36,871 nucleotides of DNA, taken from contig CAZJBA010000005.1 in the NCBI GenBank assembly GCA_964544065.1, forward strand, positions 1-36,871, in the 5' to 3' direction. The position numbers were made by a program, and so were the translations under genes. The notes beneath the pieces are model-generated. The model did no database searches and was not told the origin of the DNA. It saw nothing but the letters and a program-made list of their open reading frames with translations. Below are positions 9,669 to 18,070 of the stretch, piece by piece (positions within the stretch are counted from its first letter, which is position 1; the number at the start of each line of letters is the position of its first letter). Source of the stretch: an uncultured Anaerolineales bacterium (GTDB taxonomy: Bacteria > Chloroflexota > Anaerolineae > Anaerolineales > UBA11858).

Positions 9669-10355
9669 ATGCCAGAAGTATTGAGATTTTTCAAAAATTA
9701 CGAGGTCTTCATCTATCTGGCCCTGGGGATTATGGCCGTCTGGCAGCTTCGAAAATTTATCCTGGCCTGGGCCGATCTCCGCAGCGCTGCTTTCGGCCTG
9801 GAACAAGAGAGCGCCCGAACCCGCCTGAATTGGTCTGTCAGCATGCTGGTGGTGCTCTTCTTTTTAGCGGTAGCAGAGTTTGGCCTGGTCTCCGTGATCG
9901 TTCCCAGCTTTCCGGGGACGTTGCCCACCCCCACCTTGGATTTGTTGGCCACAACCACGCCCACCCTGGAAGGCACCCAAGAAGTACTGGAAGGGCAACC
10001 TGCCACACCAGCGCCCACATCCCCGCCCGAGGAGAGTGGATGTATTCCCGGCCAAGTCGAAATCCTGTCTCCCGAAGGAGGCGAGACCGTTCAAGATGTC
10101 GTCGAAATCCGCGGCAGCGCCAACATTGCTAATTTTGGTTTTTACAAATTTGAGGTCTCTCCCGCCCAAGAGAGCAATTGGCAGACCATTCAGGCCGGTG
10201 ATCTTGTCGTTCAAGAAGATCAGCTCGGCTATTGGGACACCACTCGTTTCACACCAGGAGATTACGTCTTACGCCTGATCGTCACAGACAACCAAGGGGA
10301 AGCCTCAGCTCCCTGCTCCGTGCAAGTGCGCGTTGAAGCTCCCACCGAGGAATAG
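9669..10355 (+). CDS. Hypothetical membrane protein: two TMs, Pro/Thr-rich linker and an Ig-like extracellular domain with a Cys pair
   Basis: Two hydrophobic segments, PTPT-rich linker, beta-rich C-terminus (VEIRGSA...WDTT...YVLRLIV). Confidence 0.8.
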   Translation: MPEVLRFFKNYEVFIYLALGIMAVWQLRKFILAWADLRSAAFGLEQESARTRLNWSVSMLVVLFFLAVAEFGLVSVIVPSFPGTLPTPTLDLLATTTPTLEGTQEVLEGQPATPAPTSPPEESGCIPGQVEILSPEGGETVQDVVEIRGSANIANFGFYKFEVSPAQESNWQTIQAGDLVVQEDQLGYWDTTRFTPGDYVLRLIVTDNQGEASAPCSVQVRVEAPTEE

Positions 10356-10361
10356 AGCCAC

Positions 10362-10901
10362 ATGCCTGAAATCGAGATCCGCTCGGCGATTGCCTCCGAC
10401 ATTCATGCTTTGACCAAGCTGGAGCACAATTACTCCAGCGACCATGTCTGGCAAATGGATTTTCGGCGAGGTGATGGGGAAATCACAATCGTTTTTCGAG
10501 AAATTCGTTTGCCGCGCTCGGTACAGGTTCGGTACCCTCACGATCCGGGGCGATTAACGGACGAATGGACCCATCGTGATGGCCTGCTTGTGGCCGTGTC
10601 AGATGGCGCCCCGATTGGTTATATCAGCTTGGAGCAGAAAATTCATCTTGAGGCTACCTGGATTAACGACTTGGCCGTAGCGCGGCGGATGCGCCGACAG
10701 AAAGTAGGCAGTTCACTCATCATCGCAGCCCAAGATTGGGCTCTTCAACATGGCAGCCAACGCCTCATTTTGGAATTACAGCCGAAAAACTTCCCCGCCA
10801 TCCAATTTGCGCGTAAACTTGGTTTTGAACTTTGCGGGTACAACGATCATTATTTCGCCAACCACGACATTGCCCTGTTTTTCTCGCAATGGCTGCGCTG
10901 A
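10362..10901 (+). CDS. GNAT family N-acetyltransferase
   Basis: LAVARRMRRQKVGSSL acetyl-CoA binding motif; NFPAIQFARKLGF. Confidence 0.88.
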   Translation: MPEIEIRSAIASDIHALTKLEHNYSSDHVWQMDFRRGDGEITIVFREIRLPRSVQVRYPHDPGRLTDEWTHRDGLLVAVSDGAPIGYISLEQKIHLEATWINDLAVARRMRRQKVGSSLIIAAQDWALQHGSQRLILELQPKNFPAIQFARKLGFELCGYNDHYFANHDIALFFSQWLR

Positions 10902-10953
10902 TGTTTGGAAAAACCAGGAACGCTTTAAATTTTTCGTAAGCGTTCACGGAGGG

Positions 10954-11261
10954 TGTCATTCTTGCCGGAGGCATGCTGCGCAAGCCGCCAACGCTTTTCC
11001 GGCGGCGAAGAATCTCCCCGATGGCACCTGGGAGACTCTTCGGTCGCTTATCCTAGCGTATTTTGCTAGGACACGCTCCCTTGCCCAGCGGGCACGCACA
11101 GCGCGGCAAGCTTGTCGAAACCACCGTTTTCGGCCGCAGTTCGCTGATTTCGACAAGCTTGCCCCTACGGGGACGCATGCGAAGCACGCAACACCGAAGG
11201 TGCGCATACCGAAGGTACGCAGAGCGAGCGAAGCGAGCGAATCGGCGAACTGCGTAAGTCC
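10954..11261. repeat. Mosaic of nested REP-like palindromes with a tandem mini-hairpin array and a MITE-end-like TGCGTAAGTCC
   Basis: CGAAGAATCTCCC...GGGAGACTCTTCG; CCTAGC...GCTAGG; GGCAAGCTTGTCGAAA / TTTCGACAAGCTTGCC perfect 16-bp inverted repeat; hairpin modules at 11174-11240. Confidence 0.8.
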
Positions 11262-11297
11262 CATACATCTATTCAGCCAGTTTTTTGATTTGTCACC

Positions 11298-13232
11298 ATG
11301 CCCACGCTTATCGGTAGTTTACAAACTCTCAATCAATTAATCACAGCAGGGATTGCTATCACAGCATTTTCCCTGTTGCTCTACGTGCTCTCGTTCAACC
11401 TGCGCGATTGGGTCGCTCGCTCGATTGCGTTGATTTTCTCCTGCGTGGTGGTTATTTTTGTCGGGGATGCCATCGGTAGCGTCACCATCTCACCGAGCTG
11501 GATTGCTATCCTAGTCAAGCTGCAATGGATTGGGATTATGCTTCTCCCCCCGGCCTATTTGTCCTTCTCGGACGCTTTGCTGGCCACCACCGGTCGACCT
11601 TCGCGGGGACGTCGCAGTGGCTTGATTCGATTAACCTATTTGATCGCAGCAGCTTTTATCGCTGCGCTGCCTTTTCCCTCCCTGGTTGGATCGGTCAAAA
11701 CAGATTTTATCGCTCCCCATCTTAACGCGCCTCCCTTGATCTGGCTCTTTGCTGCTTTTTACATCGGCAGCATGGTCTGGGCTTGGATCAATTTCTGGCG
11801 CGCCTACCAACGCTCGGTGACAAGCACCAGTCGACGGCGCATGCGCTATTTGATCGCCGGCGCGTTCGCCCCCGCCTTCGGCACCTTCCCGTACATGACC
11901 TTTGGGGCCGGGTTCGTGGCCGGGCATTCGCTGATTTTTTGGATCAGCGCCATCGTTCTCAATCTGCTCACCTCTTTTCTGATCGTGCTGATGGCCTACG
12001 GCTCGGCCTTCTTCGGCGTTTCCTGGCCGGATCGGGTCGTCAAGCGGCGCCTGTTCAAGTGGCTGATGCGCGGCCCGGTGACCGCCTCCACGGTGCTGGC
12101 GGTGACAACCTTGGTGCGCCGGGTGGGCGAATCGCTTGGGGTAGTGTACTCCGCTGCTGTTCCTTTTGTGATGGTGGCCACGCTCTTGCTGATGGAATAC
12201 GCCATTACCCTGGCGGCGCCTGTTTGGGAACGCTGGCTATTCTACGGGGGCGATCGTGATACGCTTCAATTGGTACAAACGCTGGAAGAGCGAATCCTGA
12301 CAACCGGTGACCTGCACCAATTCTTGGAAGCGATCCTCACTGCCGTATGCGATCGTCTCCAGGTGGATGTGGCCTTTGCCGTGACCTTGGCCCCGCGGGG
12401 ATTGGAAATGTTCGTCGCCGTCGGCGATATGGGGCAACTCAACCACGATGACCTATCCGAAGAGATGCTCAAAGTCGTTGTTAATAATGACAACGAAAAT
12501 TCATTTGGAGACGAATCACTGCACCTTTTTGCCTGGGGAGACTATTGGTTGCTTCCCCTTTTCGCCGAGCATGTTGAGCATCAGAATGGTGAGCCCGTCT
12601 TATTGGGCCTGTTAGGGTTCGAGCGTCTGTCAGAATCGCTCCCCAGTGAGGAGCAACGCGATGCGCTCCAAACCCTGACCCATCGAGCCGCGCTTGCCAT
12701 CGATGACCGCCTCCAGCAGCAGCGTGTTTTCAACTCCTTGGAAACTTTGACGCCGCAGGTAGATTGGATACAACGGCTGCGAGCGGCTTCTCGGTATGAT
12801 GGCACAACCGTGCTCTCTACGCCAAAGGATCAATTTGAGAAAGAGGATTTCACCAAGTGGGTCAAAGATGCGCTGCGCCATTATTGGGGCGGCCCCAAAT
12901 TAACCAAAAGCCCCTTGCTTCATCTTGAAATCGTAAAGAAAGCGCTGGAGGAGCATGACGGCATCTCTGTCAACGCGCTACGTTCTGTGCTGCGTGAAGG
13001 CATTGAACGCATCCGCCCGGAAGGGAAACGGCGCTTTACAACCGAGTGGATCCTGTTTAATATATTAGAATTGAAATTCATGGAGGGGCGGACCGTGCGC
13101 GATGTCGCCTCACGTCTGGCCATGTCGGAAGCAGACCTTTATCGCAAACAACGCGCTGCCATTGACGTTGTCGCAGAAGCAATTATTAAGATGGAACGCG
13201 AAGCTCGCCTGGAAAAAGTCGATAATAACTAG
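11298..13232 (+). CDS. Multi-TM sensor (HisKA_7TM-like N-terminus) + GAF-like domain + C-terminal HTH; no kinase domain
   Basis: About 9 hydrophobic segments, a GAF-like middle (...LLGLLG...QRDALQTL), and C-terminal RDVASRLAMSEADLYRKQRAAI resembling a sigma region-4/LuxR-type HTH. Confidence 0.75.
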   Translation: MPTLIGSLQTLNQLITAGIAITAFSLLLYVLSFNLRDWVARSIALIFSCVVVIFVGDAIGSVTISPSWIAILVKLQWIGIMLLPPAYLSFSDALLATTGRPSRGRRSGLIRLTYLIAAAFIAALPFPSLVGSVKTDFIAPHLNAPPLIWLFAAFYIGSMVWAWINFWRAYQRSVTSTSRRRMRYLIAGAFAPAFGTFPYMTFGAGFVAGHSLIFWISAIVLNLLTSFLIVLMAYGSAFFGVSWPDRVVKRRLFKWLMRGPVTASTVLAVTTLVRRVGESLGVVYSAAVPFVMVATLLLMEYAITLAAPVWERWLFYGGDRDTLQLVQTLEERILTTGDLHQFLEAILTAVCDRLQVDVAFAVTLAPRGLEMFVAVGDMGQLNHDDLSEEMLKVVVNNDNENSFGDESLHLFAWGDYWLLPLFAEHVEHQNGEPVLLGLLGFERLSESLPSEEQRDALQTLTHRAALAIDDRLQQQRVFNSLETLTPQVDWIQRLRAASRYDGTTVLSTPKDQFEKEDFTKWVKDALRHYWGGPKLTKSPLLHLEIVKKALEEHDGISVNALRSVLREGIERIRPEGKRRFTTEWILFNILELKFMEGRTVRDVASRLAMSEADLYRKQRAAIDVVAEAIIKMEREARLEKVDNN

Positions 13233-13450
13233 TACTTCGTGGCGAAAATCCTTTCGCAGTTTACACGATCGGCGAAGTATCTTCGCGAAGCATGCCGTCG
13301 CTATGCGCGCCCTTCGGGCGTGGGGTACCTGACCGAGCCGGTGTCCTGACCAAAGGTCTCCAAACCCTTGAAACGAACTTGTTTGCAGCATATTTACCGT
13401 GGGAGACCTACGGTCGCTCCAAGTGTGCGGTCGGGAGACACGCACACAAC
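13230..13450. repeat. IS-end-like TAGTACTTCG followed by a REP-like palindromic element (second copy at 32897-32956)
   Basis: CCTGACCGAGCC-N5-CCTGACCAAAGGTCTCC...GGAGACCTACGGTCG...CGGTCGGGAGAC; the same core recurs upstream of glyQS. Confidence 0.75.
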
Positions 13451-13566
13451 AAGTCAACCCACGTGGAATGGCGGAAACTTTGAAAAAGTTCTACGCCGAA
13501 GGCCATCTCCCCGCTTATTTGAAAAGATACAATCCGTTTCCCGAAAAAGATTTTAAGGAAAGCACT

Positions 13567-14502
13567 ATGCCGGATCAGGAATACCCTTTCACCGCCGAAA
13601 CGCCCCCGGATGAATCTTGGTGGTCTGCTTTGTTGCGGAAAGCAGAATCCTCGGCCGTGTGTGACGTACCCCTAGATAAACAGCCTGACGATCAGACAAA
13701 TGAAGGTCGAAGCATAGATTGGGAATGGGCGCAGGAACTCTACCAGGCTGATGAAATCGTCTGTTTGGAAGTGATTGGCTACAATCGCGGCGGGCTTTTG
13801 GTCATGGGGGAGCGGATTCAGGGCTTTGTACCTCGCTCGCATATTGTCGAACTATCCAACAATGACTCCAAAAACTACCTGATGGAAGAGCTGGCCGCCT
13901 ATGTCGGGCGCACGCTAGCGCTCAAGGTGATTGAGTGCAATCCCGAGCAGGAAAGTATCGTGTTTTCTGAGCGGGCTGCTTTGGCTGCGGCCGGCCAACG
14001 GGTTGAACTGCTGCGGAACCTCAAGCGCGGGGATCGCGTCCATGGACGCGTCACCACCGTGACGGATTTCGGCGTTTTCGTGGATTTGGGCGGGGTCGAG
14101 GGATTGGTTCACATCTCGGAATTGTCGTGGGGGCGCGTTTCCCACCCCGGCGATGTGCTCTCCCTGGGGGATGAAGTGGAACTGTACGTGCTCAATTTGG
14201 ATCAGGAGAATTGCCGCGTTGCGCTCAGCCTCAAGCGTTTGCAGCCTAACCCCTGGGAAACGGTCCATCAACGCTACCAGGCCGGTCAGGTTGTCGGGGC
14301 GGTCATCTCGTGTGTTGTCCCTTATGGCGCCTTTGCCCACCTAGAAGACGGCATCGATGGCTTGATTCATGTTTCTGAGATTCAGAATTGTGCCAAGAAT
14401 CCTGCTGATGTGCTCGCCGTGGGGCAGCGTGTCGAGGTGGTCATTCTGCAGGTCGATGCTGATCGTCACCGGATTGGATTGCGACTTCATGATATGGATT
14501 GA
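13567..14502 (+). CDS. S1 RNA-binding domain protein (short ribosomal protein S1-like, three S1 domains)
   Basis: YNRGGLLV...GFVPRSH; DFGVFVDLGGVEGLVHISELSW; YGAFAHL..GIDGLIHVSE; AAGGA RBS before ATG 13567. Confidence 0.9.
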   Translation: MPDQEYPFTAETPPDESWWSALLRKAESSAVCDVPLDKQPDDQTNEGRSIDWEWAQELYQADEIVCLEVIGYNRGGLLVMGERIQGFVPRSHIVELSNNDSKNYLMEELAAYVGRTLALKVIECNPEQESIVFSERAALAAAGQRVELLRNLKRGDRVHGRVTTVTDFGVFVDLGGVEGLVHISELSWGRVSHPGDVLSLGDEVELYVLNLDQENCRVALSLKRLQPNPWETVHQRYQAGQVVGAVISCVVPYGAFAHLEDGIDGLIHVSEIQNCAKNPADVLAVGQRVEVVILQVDADRHRIGLRLHDMD

Positions 14503-14516
14503 TAGGGAGGTGCGGG

Positions 14517-15098
14517 ATGAAATCGTGGTGGCTTGTTGCTTTGGGGGTTTTGTTTGGTTTGTTGGGGGCGGGAGGCATTTTTTTGGCCAGCCAACCGCCG
14601 GGCGGGACCGCGATCGAGTTGAGGCCGCCTCCCAGCCCTGTTCCCATGCAGGTGTACGTGATCGGCGCGGTTGAGAATCCGGGCGTGTACGCGCTGCCCA
14701 AGCAAAGCCGGGTCGAAGATGCGATTGCTGCCGCCGGGGGATTGGCCGAGGATGCCTGGCCCGAGAGCATCAATTTGGCAGCCCCGCTCCAGGACGGCAA
14801 CCAGGTTGAGGTGCCGGTGCTGCAACCCACGGATGCTCCCACGAGGGTTGAATCCGGCTCCACGGGCGAGGAGCAGCCTGCGAGTGAGTCCGCTGCTCCT
14901 GCTGTCATCAACATCAACACAGCCTCCCAGGAGATGCTGGAAACGCTTTCCGGAATCGGGCCTGTGACGGCTGAAAAAATCATCGCCTACCGGGAGGCCA
15001 ACGGCGATTTTACCCTCATCGAGGAAATCCAAAAAGTGAAAGGGATCGGCCCGGCCACATTCGAGAAGATCAAGGACAGCATTTGCGTGGAGGATTGA
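14517..15098 (+). CDS. comEA: Competence DNA receptor ComEA (TM, SLBB, helix-hairpin-helix)
   Basis: VYVIGAVENPGVY...RVEDAIAAAGG SLBB; ININTAS...LSGIGPVTAEKII...VKGIGPATFEKI HhH; GGAGG RBS. Confidence 0.95.
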   Translation: MKSWWLVALGVLFGLLGAGGIFLASQPPGGTAIELRPPPSPVPMQVYVIGAVENPGVYALPKQSRVEDAIAAAGGLAEDAWPESINLAAPLQDGNQVEVPVLQPTDAPTRVESGSTGEEQPASESAAPAVININTASQEMLETLSGIGPVTAEKIIAYREANGDFTLIEEIQKVKGIGPATFEKIKDSICVED

Positions 15099-15099
15099 C

Positions 15100-17883
15100 A
15101 TGGCTGGCAAACGGTTGTACAGATGGATGTTGAAGGGGATTCCGTTGGCGTGGGCTTGGGTGGCCTTGGTGGTGATCGTTTTGGCGCCGTTTTGGGCCTA
15201 TCAATGGTACCGGCTGCCCTTTGTGGGCCTGTTTTTGGAACCCCATAACGTGGTCAGCCAGATTGTGGGCGACGATTGGCCTGCCAAACAGGCCGGTGTC
15301 CGTGATTACGACCGAGTCGTCGCTGTCAATGGGGAGGCTGCGCCCAACAGCAAGTCGTTGCGAGAGGCAGTGCGCCAGGCTGGGGATGAGCTTACTTTGA
15401 GGGTGCAACCGCAGAAGGGGCAGTCGTATCGACTCGATATCACGCCACGCCCGTTTCGAATGGGGGAATTGATCACCTGGTTCGTGATCCCCTACATTGT
15501 GGGCGTAGCGACTTGGGGGATCGGCATATGGGCCTATCGCTTGAGTAAAAACAAAGGCGCAGCGGCGGCTTTTTTGGTCTTTACCTCGGCGGCCAGTGTG
15601 ATCATGTCGGCCTATTTTGACATGAACACGACCCAACATTTCGTGCTCGGGTGGGCTTTGAGTTTGCCGATCACGGGCGGCGCTATTGCCCAACTGGCCC
15701 TGGTCTTTCCTCGGAAAATGCCCTTTGTCGAGCGTTATCCCCGCGCCCGGTTCTTGCCCTGGATTTTGGTGGTCGCTTTCGCCCTTCCGATTGGGCGCCA
15801 GATTCTATTTCCCACCCATCCGTGGGGTTATATCAACACCTGGCTGGCCAGTTACGGTTTGATCAGCCTGGCGATTGTGCTTTTTTTGACCACCCTGGTC
15901 GTTCGAGTCTTACGGAGCGACTCGCCCATCATCCGGCAACAGAGCCGCATCATCGTCTTTGGCGCTGCCTTGGCGTTTGGGCCGGTGCTGTTCACCTTTT
16001 TGCTGCCGTCAGCGTTTGGGCAGTTGGTTCGTTTCCGGGTCGATCTTGCTTTCCCCGCGATCGTCGTCTTGCCGCTTTCGGTGGCCTATGCGCTGGTGCG
16101 TTACCGCATGCTCGACGTCGACCGGGTCATGGGCGCCACGCTGACCTACGTGCTGACGGCGGGGGGCGCGGTGGGGCTCTTTTACCTGCTGTTGACGCTG
16201 CTTTCTTTGCTGGTTCCTGCCGAGATTGCGCCCAACGACCCCGTCTTGGTGGCCTTGTATTTGCTCGTGCTGGTTGTGGCCCTGAATCCGATTCGGAATT
16301 TGATGCGCCGCGGCATCGATCGGCTTTTTTATCGCACCCGGGCGGATTATCGCCGCGTGCTTTCGCATCTCTCTCGGGAGTTGGTCATCTCTCCGCAGAT
16401 GGAGCACACCTTGAAAATGCTCGAGCAGGAGCTTCAAGCTGCTTTGCGGCCTGAACGGGTGTTGGTCTATCTTTTTGATGATCAGGATGCCGTTTATCGC
16501 CCCCAGAGCACGAACGATCACGAGGGGGCGTTGCTCCCCGCCGAGCATCCCTTGGTTGAGATGCTGGAATCGGGTTCGGGCGCGGTTTGGTTACCGCCCG
16601 GGCGATCCTTGCCGGAGGCGCTCGAATCGGAAACCGAGACGTTGGCGGCGATCGGTTGCCGGGTTTTCGTGCCCCTGCGCTATGAGGGCAAGCTGATTGG
16701 TTTCTTGGCGCTTGGTCCCCGCCTGTCGGGTGATCCTTATACCAGCGACGACCTCGATTTTCTCGAGGCTGTGGCCGGGCAATCTTCGCTGGCGCTTGAA
16801 AATGTACGCCTGTTCGCCAACCTTCAGGAGACGCTCAATCAAACCCTGGAGATGAAGAACTTGATGGACGACATCTTTGCCTCTATGTCTTCGGGGGTGA
16901 TCACGACCAACCTCAAGTGCAAGGTGACTCTTTTCAACCAGGCCGCCGAACGGATTTTAGGGGTGCCGATGGATCAGGTCATGGGAGAACGGATCAACGA
17001 GGTTTTTGCCGCCATGGGGCCTCAATTTTCGCTGATGACCGAGACAGCCCTGGAGGAGGGTTTGCCCACCCTGGGCAAAGAGTTGAATCCTACCTTGCCC
17101 GAGCGCGGCCGCCTGTTCTTGCGACTCTCTTGTACGCCCTTGCGCGATGCCCAGTTGGGCACCAAGGGCGCCACCGTGATGATCGATGACCTGACCCGGC
17201 AGCGCAAATTGGAAGCCGACCGGGAACGCATTCGCCAAACCTTTGGGCGCGTTGTGGCCCCGCGGGTGCGCGACCGCTTGTTGGCCGATCCGGGCAACCT
17301 GCGCCTGGATGGGGCTCGCCAGCCGATCACGGTTCTGTTTGCCGACATTCACCAGTTCACCCCATTCAGCGAGCGCACGCCGCCTGAAAAATTGTTCGAG
17401 GTACTGAACTCGTATCTCTCCTTGGCGGCCAATGCCGTTTTAGAACAGGAGGGCACGCTGGATAAATTCATGGGCGATGCGGTCATGGCATTCTGGAACG
17501 CACCCGACGAGCAGGATGACCACGCTCTCCGAGCGGTGGGCGCGGCCCTGGCGATGGATGCGGCCATTCGAAAGCATCGCCATGATCTGGGCCGGGAATT
17601 TCAATTGTATTTCAGCATCGGCGTCAGCACGGGCGAGGCCATGGTCGGCAATGTCGGCACCAGCGATCTTTTCAATTACACGGTCATCGGCGACATCGTC
17701 AACTATGCCCAACGGCTTGAGTCGATCGCCGAGCCGGGTCAAATTTTGTTGGCTGAGCCAACGTATGAGGCCATTGCAGATTCGGTCGTTGTGGAGCAGC
17801 TTCCGCCGGTTCAGGTTAAGGGGAAGGCCGAGCCAGCGGTGGTGTATGAGTTGTCCTCTTTGCAATCAAAAACTTGCGACTGA
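15100..17883 (+). CDS. Membrane-bound class III adenylate/guanylate cyclase (PDZ-like, multi-TM, GAF, PAS, cyclase)
   Basis: PAKQAGVRDYDRVVAVNG PDZ; LFNQAAERILG PAS; FADIHQFT, DKFMGDAVMA and YTVIGDIVNYAQRLE catalytic motifs (the Lys suggests ATP specificity). Confidence 0.92.
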   Translation: MAGKRLYRWMLKGIPLAWAWVALVVIVLAPFWAYQWYRLPFVGLFLEPHNVVSQIVGDDWPAKQAGVRDYDRVVAVNGEAAPNSKSLREAVRQAGDELTLRVQPQKGQSYRLDITPRPFRMGELITWFVIPYIVGVATWGIGIWAYRLSKNKGAAAAFLVFTSAASVIMSAYFDMNTTQHFVLGWALSLPITGGAIAQLALVFPRKMPFVERYPRARFLPWILVVAFALPIGRQILFPTHPWGYINTWLASYGLISLAIVLFLTTLVVRVLRSDSPIIRQQSRIIVFGAALAFGPVLFTFLLPSAFGQLVRFRVDLAFPAIVVLPLSVAYALVRYRMLDVDRVMGATLTYVLTAGGAVGLFYLLLTLLSLLVPAEIAPNDPVLVALYLLVLVVALNPIRNLMRRGIDRLFYRTRADYRRVLSHLSRELVISPQMEHTLKMLEQELQAALRPERVLVYLFDDQDAVYRPQSTNDHEGALLPAEHPLVEMLESGSGAVWLPPGRSLPEALESETETLAAIGCRVFVPLRYEGKLIGFLALGPRLSGDPYTSDDLDFLEAVAGQSSLALENVRLFANLQETLNQTLEMKNLMDDIFASMSSGVITTNLKCKVTLFNQAAERILGVPMDQVMGERINEVFAAMGPQFSLMTETALEEGLPTLGKELNPTLPERGRLFLRLSCTPLRDAQLGTKGATVMIDDLTRQRKLEADRERIRQTFGRVVAPRVRDRLLADPGNLRLDGARQPITVLFADIHQFTPFSERTPPEKLFEVLNSYLSLAANAVLEQEGTLDKFMGDAVMAFWNAPDEQDDHALRAVGAALAMDAAIRKHRHDLGREFQLYFSIGVSTGEAMVGNVGTSDLFNYTVIGDIVNYAQRLESIAEPGQILLAEPTYEAIADSVVVEQLPPVQVKGKAEPAVVYELSSLQSKTCD

Positions 17884-18070
17884 AGTCGTGCATAGGAGCT
17901 TCGCTGAGCGTCCACCTGCATGGACGCGGCCGCGTCGATGAAGTTTTCGGGATCACCACAAATTCCGTTAGAACTAGAGAAGATACACCACAGATTTGAA
18001 AATCCCTTCTACCCAGCAGAGTAACGAACTTCCACGATGTAGGCCGTCCAACTGCATAAAAATGTCGATC

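Noticed and set aside
11174-11240. Possible mini CRISPR array
   Set aside because: Units are about 15 bp, abut without unique spacers, and no cas genes are present.
13399-13566. Upstream in-frame extension of the S1 protein, and similar extensions of comEC, rluD, lspA and the hydrolase
   Set aside because: The extensions run through repeat or promoter DNA or the preceding gene; RBS position and domain starts support the later start codons.
17884-18070. Minus-strand peptide TAYIVEVRYS resembling a HEPN C-terminal motif in the cyclase/thiolase gap
   Set aside because: Too short and bounded by a stop; indistinguishable from chance without a search.
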